Assembly: GCA_963674705.1 (NCBI GenBank)
Contig: OY771506.1
Span: forward strand, 2,400,001-2,464,000
From: Phycisphaeraceae bacterium
GTDB taxonomy: Bacteria > Planctomycetota > Phycisphaerae > Phycisphaerales > Phycisphaeraceae
Direction of reading: 5' to 3'
Length of the DNA stretch: 64,000 nt
This document shows, piece after piece, positions 59,844 to 64,000 of this stretch; position 1 is the stretch's first letter; each line of letters begins with the position of its first letter. The notes under the pieces were generated by a model that saw only the letters and a list, made by a program, of their open reading frames with translations, did no database searches and was not told the DNA's origin. A program made the translations under genes and the position numbers.

Positions 59844-60634
59844 AGCACGAACCGGCGCAGATTAAGAAACTCAACAGCCTCATGAAAAAGCTGAAGACCC
59901 GGTACAAGAATCCAGAGGACCCGGGTTACGAACCGACCACGCAACTGATCATGGCGTTTCTTCAGGCAGACGCCTCGAGGCGCAAGGCCGAGCAGGCATA
60001 TGACGCATTAATGGAGCACATGGTTGACAACAACGAACTGCGGGTCAGCCATACGCAAGAAATCATCGAGGTCATCGGCGATAAGTATCCGCGCGCGCAT
60101 TGGCGTGTCGAGCGGATGCGTGAATCCCTCAACGAGGTGTATCGTCGCGAGCATGACATCAAGATGGTCAAGGCCGCGGGGATGAACAAGAAGGACCAGC
60201 GTCATTACCTGGATACTTTGCCGGGCATCACGCCTTATGTGGCCGCGAGCGTGATGTTGCTGAGTTTTGGCGGACACGCGATCCCGGTGGATGACAAGCT
60301 GGCGTCGCTACTGGCGAGGGAAGGTGTTGTTGACGAGGGTGTACCGCCCGCCGATGTCGAGGCGCTGTTGCTGCGTCAGTTCAAAGCCGGTGAGCAATCG
60401 GTCGAAGCACACCTGCTGCTCCAGTCATGGTCCGATGCCTGTAAAACACCGACATCGGTAACCAGCGCACCCGAGCCCTCGACGGTTAAGGCTGAAAACG
60501 TACGTGAAGATCAGAAGCGCGAATCCGTCAAGGTGGCCAGCGTCAAGAAAACACAAGCCCCGTCGTCGACGAGCACCAACAAAAAAACCAAGAGTACAAC
60601 CAAGAAGACCGCATCACGGTCCAAGAAGAAGTGA
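59840..60634 (+). CDS. Degenerate HhH-GPD/endonuclease III-like protein with basic tail
   Basis: DNNELRVS, LDTLPGITPYVAASV (HhH-like), GHAIPVDD; no Fe-S Cys cluster; overlaps rbfA stop (GTGA). Confidence 0.7.
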   Translation: MKHEPAQIKKLNSLMKKLKTRYKNPEDPGYEPTTQLIMAFLQADASRRKAEQAYDALMEHMVDNNELRVSHTQEIIEVIGDKYPRAHWRVERMRESLNEVYRREHDIKMVKAAGMNKKDQRHYLDTLPGITPYVAASVMLLSFGGHAIPVDDKLASLLAREGVVDEGVPPADVEALLLRQFKAGEQSVEAHLLLQSWSDACKTPTSVTSAPEPSTVKAENVREDQKRESVKVASVKKTQAPSSTSTNKKTKSTTKKTASRSKKK

Positions 60635-60644
60635 ATTGAGGAAG

Positions 60645-61535
60645 ATGAATACAAAGCTTGATGAGGCGCTATTGCGCATCGGTATCCCGAAGGGGAGCTT
60701 GCAGGATGCAACGATCGACCTGTTCGATCGTGCAGGATACAACATTAATGTGTCCAGCCGTTCTTACTTTCCAAGTATCGACGATCCAGACCTTGCCGCG
60801 GTGATGTTCCGCGCCCAGGAGATGAGCCGATACGTTGAAGACGGTGTGATCGATATGGGTATCACCGGCCATGATTGGGTCGTTGAGAACGGTTCGGATG
60901 TACACGAAGTCTGCGAACTGAAGTACTCCCGTGCGACAAGCAGGCCCGCGACTTGGGTCCTGGCCGTGCCGGAAGAATCAGATATCCACGGACCGGAAGA
61001 TCTGTCCGGTGGCATCATCGCTACCGAACTGATCGGCACGACGGAGCGCTACTTCAAAGACAAGGGTATCCAGGTCAAGAAAGTCGAATTCAGTTGGGGC
61101 GCGACGGAAGTCAAGGCCCGACTCGTTGATGCGATTGTTGACATCACGGAGACCGGCTCATCACTACGCGCCAACAAGTTGCGGGTGATCGATACGCTGC
61201 TGACCAGCACGACCCGTCTGATCGCCAACAAGCAGGCGTGGGAAGACCCCAGGAAGCGCGCTAAGATTGAAGACCTGGCGCTGCTGCTGCTGGGTGCGAT
61301 TGATGCGAAGTCGAAGGTCGGCCTGAAGATGAATGTCCCCAGGGCGAAGCTGGATGGGGTACTGAAGATATTGCCATCCGAACAGTCGCCGACGGTTAAT
61401 GCGTTGGCCGACGAGAACTGGGTTGCCGTCGAGGTCGTACTGGATGAGCGGGTCGAACGTGATATGGTGCCTGCATTGAAACGTGCCGGGGCGACCGCGA
61501 TCTTCAGCTACCCGCTCAAGAAAGTGATCCCCTGA
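60645..61535 (+). CDS. hisG: ATP phosphoribosyltransferase (long form)
   Basis: IGIPKGSLQ, DMGITGHD, SWGATEVK, DAIVDITETGSSLRAN, C-terminal regulatory domain. Confidence 0.95.
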   Translation: MNTKLDEALLRIGIPKGSLQDATIDLFDRAGYNINVSSRSYFPSIDDPDLAAVMFRAQEMSRYVEDGVIDMGITGHDWVVENGSDVHEVCELKYSRATSRPATWVLAVPEESDIHGPEDLSGGIIATELIGTTERYFKDKGIQVKKVEFSWGATEVKARLVDAIVDITETGSSLRANKLRVIDTLLTSTTRLIANKQAWEDPRKRAKIEDLALLLLGAIDAKSKVGLKMNVPRAKLDGVLKILPSEQSPTVNALADENWVAVEVVLDERVERDMVPALKRAGATAIFSYPLKKVIP

Positions 61536-61556
61536 CCGGGCGCCTGAATCCCGGGA

Positions 61557-64000
61557 ATGAGTATGAACGTAAGTCGTATCATTCTGTACTCGGCCCTGTG
61601 CCTGTCGGTCACAGCCGGTTGTCAGTCGGGTAAGACGACTCGGCCTGCGGATCGGCCTTCACGCGTTACCAGCTTCTTTAACCGGGACCTGCTCAACGCG
61701 GAAATCGAACCGCCGCCGGGCATCAATGAAGAATTGATCGTTCCATTGCGTGGTGAAGCGCTATCAACAGCCAAGCTTTCGTTAAGACGTGTTCTCGCTT
61801 TCCAGCCGCGCCCGGCGTATCTGGACGCTCCGTCGACCTCACCGGTTGGCGGCGATCTCAATACCGAGCCACCTTTGGGGGCGCAACTGGCTTACGTTAA
61901 AGCGCGTACCGCCTGGCTTGAGGGGGATACGACCCAGGCCAAGCAGCAACTTGAGTCCGCGCTGCGTCTGGCGCCGAACGAGCCGACACTCTTACGCCTC
62001 CTGGGTGAGGTGTATTCCCGGACCGGCAATCGTGTCAAAGGTGCTTACTACTTTCGGCAAGCGGTTGAAATCGACCCAAACGACGCACGCAGCATCTACA
62101 TCCTTGGCCGATTTGCCGTCGAAAAAGGCGAGCACGGCGAAGCGATTGTTCTTTTTCACGACGCGCTGAACAAAGCAGAAGATAATCCCGCGCTCACCGA
62201 ATTGACGTTGCACTTCCTGGGCAACTCGCTGCGAAGCAGCGGCTATGTGTCGGCCGCGATCGAGCAGTTTGATCGCTACGTTGCTTCGACTGATGAGCCG
62301 ATCCAGGCGTCACGATTTGCACGCGATCAAACCTTGCTGCGTCGACAGATCGGGATCACCTATCAGCTTATGGGTGACCTGAACCTGTTGATGAATCGAC
62401 CCGCGATAGCGTTACAGGCGTACGACAAAGCGCTAGCCGCCGGCGTGCCTGACCCGGTCAAGGTCGATAAGCGTCGCATTTATGCATCGATGCTGAACCG
62501 TGACGCTGATCTGGCGCGTGAACTGGTGATCGAATTGCTGCGTCGGCAGCGGGGGGATGCACAATCGCTGGCGATGGTCCGTTACGCGGTCAACCAAGGC
62601 CTCAATGCACCCATGCTCGCCGGGGCGATCCAGGAGGTCTACCAATCCGAAGGCCGACCCGCCAATCTCGCAATCGCCGCGTCGGACATCCTCGCAGAGC
62701 CGGAAGCCAAGGCACTGCTGATTGCACATCTTGAGGAGAGCCCGGAAGACGCCCAAGTCTTTCAACGCTTACTCAAGTACTTCATGCTTCCTGTTGAACA
62801 GGCGCCTCACGATACGCAAACACTGGCGGAAGCCGCGGACTTGACCGCTCGCTTGATGGGTAAAGCCCCGGGGCTTGCGGATGAATACGCGTCTGCATTA
62901 GTGACACACGTGCCTGACGCACAGGCGCTGCTTGAAGCAATAGGTGATGCTGTACCAGATCAGCCCGACACCATGCGCACCGTGCTGCGTGGCTTGTGTC
63001 TTGCGGTGCAAGGCGACTTCGCTGCGGCTCAGCAGCAATTCGAGCTGGCTGTCAAGGATGCACCGGATTTGCAGGTGGCTCGGATCGAGCTTGCCAAGGC
63101 GCTGATTGTTCAGGATCAATTTGAACAGGCGGCTGAAGTCCTGGCGCCGTTGTCGGATTCCAGCGATACGGGTGTCATCCTCTTGCGTTCCCGCGTGCTT
63201 GCTGAGACGGATCGAGCGGAGGAAGCTGTCGATCTGATCGATCGGGTCATCCGGATGACCGGCGGGGACGCCAAACTTGTTATTTCCAAAGCCAACCTTG
63301 AGATCAAGCTTGGGCGGATCGAAGACGCGGAGCAAACCCTGCAGGATGCGCTCAACGCCCAGCCGACTTCCGAGCCGATCTACGAGGCGCTGCTCAGCTT
63401 GTACGATCCGGCCCCGGGCAAGCCATCCGTGGTGCAGGATCAGACAGCCAAGTGGCGCATCCTGGTCAAGCGTTTGCTGGGGACGATCCCCAATAGCCGA
63501 ACCGGTCGGCTCGTGCAGGCACAGCTTTATGATGCCAGCGGTCGCAACTATGACCGCGCCGCCGCGATCCTCGAAGGCTTGCTGGCGGAGAACCCCAACG
63601 ATGCCAAGGCGTTAACGCAGTTACTCGACACCTACCACGCAGCCGGCCGGACCGGTGAGGCGATCGCACTGCTTGAATCCCGGCTTGAAGCCAGCCCCGA
63701 GAACCCGTTACTCCTGCAGATCGCTTTGCGTTTCTACAGCCAGGCACGTGACCAGGAACGGCTGTTTGATATTCAACAGCGGCTGATCATGCTGCAGCCC
63801 GACACCCCTCAGCGCGCGGGTCAGCTTGGTTTGCTTTACGTGCAGGCAGGCAAGTACGCCGAGGCGATCGAGCAACTGGAATCCGCGCTGTCGGCAGATG
63901 ATGTAGAAAATCCGGTGCTTCTGTTGAATTTACTGGCAAATGCCCTCACGGAAGTGGGGGAGCTGGAGCTTGCTGAAAAACGCATCCGTAAGGCGGCGGA
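61557..64000 (+). CDS. Large TPR-repeat lipoprotein (runs off window)
   Basis: Not in ORF track. Manual translation of the first ~550 bp gives MSMNVSRIILYSALCLSVTAGC (lipobox) ... AKQQLESALRLAPNEPTLLRLLGEVY...YFRQAVEIDPND; continuation to the window end is assumed. Confidence 0.88.
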   Translation, partial: MSMNVSRIILYSALCLSVTAGCQSGKTTRPADRPSRVTSFFNRDLLNAEIEPPPGINEELIVPLRGEALSTAKLSLRRVLAFQPRPAYLDAPSTSPVGGDLNTEPPLGAQLAYVKARTAWLEGDTTQAKQQLESALRLAPNEPTLLRLLGEVYSRTGNRVKGAYYFRQAVEIDPNDARSIYILGRFAVEKGEHGEAIVLFHDALNKAEDNPALTELTLHFLGNSLRSSGYVSAAIEQFDRYVASTDEPIQASRFARDQTLLRRQIGITYQLMGDLNLLMNRPAIALQAYDKALAAGVPDPVKVDKRRIYASMLNRDADLARELVIELLRRQRGDAQSLAMVRYAVNQGLNAPMLAGAIQEVYQSEGRPANLAIAASDILAEPEAKALLIAHLEESPEDAQVFQRLLKYFMLPVEQAPHDTQTLAEAADLTARLMGKAPGLADEYASALVTHVPDAQALLEAIGDAVPDQPDTMRTVLRGLCLAVQGDFAAAQQQFELAVKDAPDLQVARIELAKALIVQDQFEQAAEVLAPLSDSSDTGVILLRSRVLAETDRAEEAVDLIDRVIRMTGGDAKLVISKANLEIKLGRIEDAEQTLQDALNAQPTSEPIYEALLSLYDPAPGKPSVVQDQTAKWRILVKRLLGTIPNSRTGRLVQAQLYDASGRNYDRAAAILEGLLAENPNDAKALTQLLDTYHAAGRTGEAIALLESRLEASPENPLLLQIALRFYSQARDQERLFDIQQRLIMLQPDTPQRAGQLGLLYVQAGKYAEAIEQLESALSADDVENPVLLLNLLANALTEVGELELAEKRIRKAA

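Overview
This window looks like chromosomal DNA from a GC-rich planctomycete, probably Phycisphaerae. That is inferred from DUF2617, dockerin-like PEP-CTERM proteins, HEAT-repeat proteins and the TypA N-terminal insert. Most of it is housekeeping: rny, pssA, raiA-ptsN-ptsH, tyrS, typA, dusB, pyk, folC, serS, proS, thrC, lspA, dksA-like, leuD, rpsT, nusA-infB-DUF503-rbfA and hisG. An AT-richer accessory stretch (~4.4-13.4 kb) holds small orphan genes, three PEP-CTERM proteins and a complete IS3-family element. That element has perfect 32-bp inverted repeats with atypical AG...CT ends and a 3-bp target duplication, and it splits an otherwise intact membrane-bound SGNH hydrolase gene. The most unusual non-coding signal is a modular composite repeat with telomere-like, G-quadruplex-competent heptamer arrays ((CCTACAC)18, (CCGATAC)8), whose two direct copies bracket the DUF502-raiA-ptsN-ptsH block. 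Other non-coding signals are several families of REP-like and 9-mer-based inverted repeats, a probable 6S RNA upstream of rny, and a long structured nusA leader with an internal terminator where rimP usually lies. No CRISPR array, rRNA or tRNA was seen. All family assignments come from motif recognition by eye; no searches were run.
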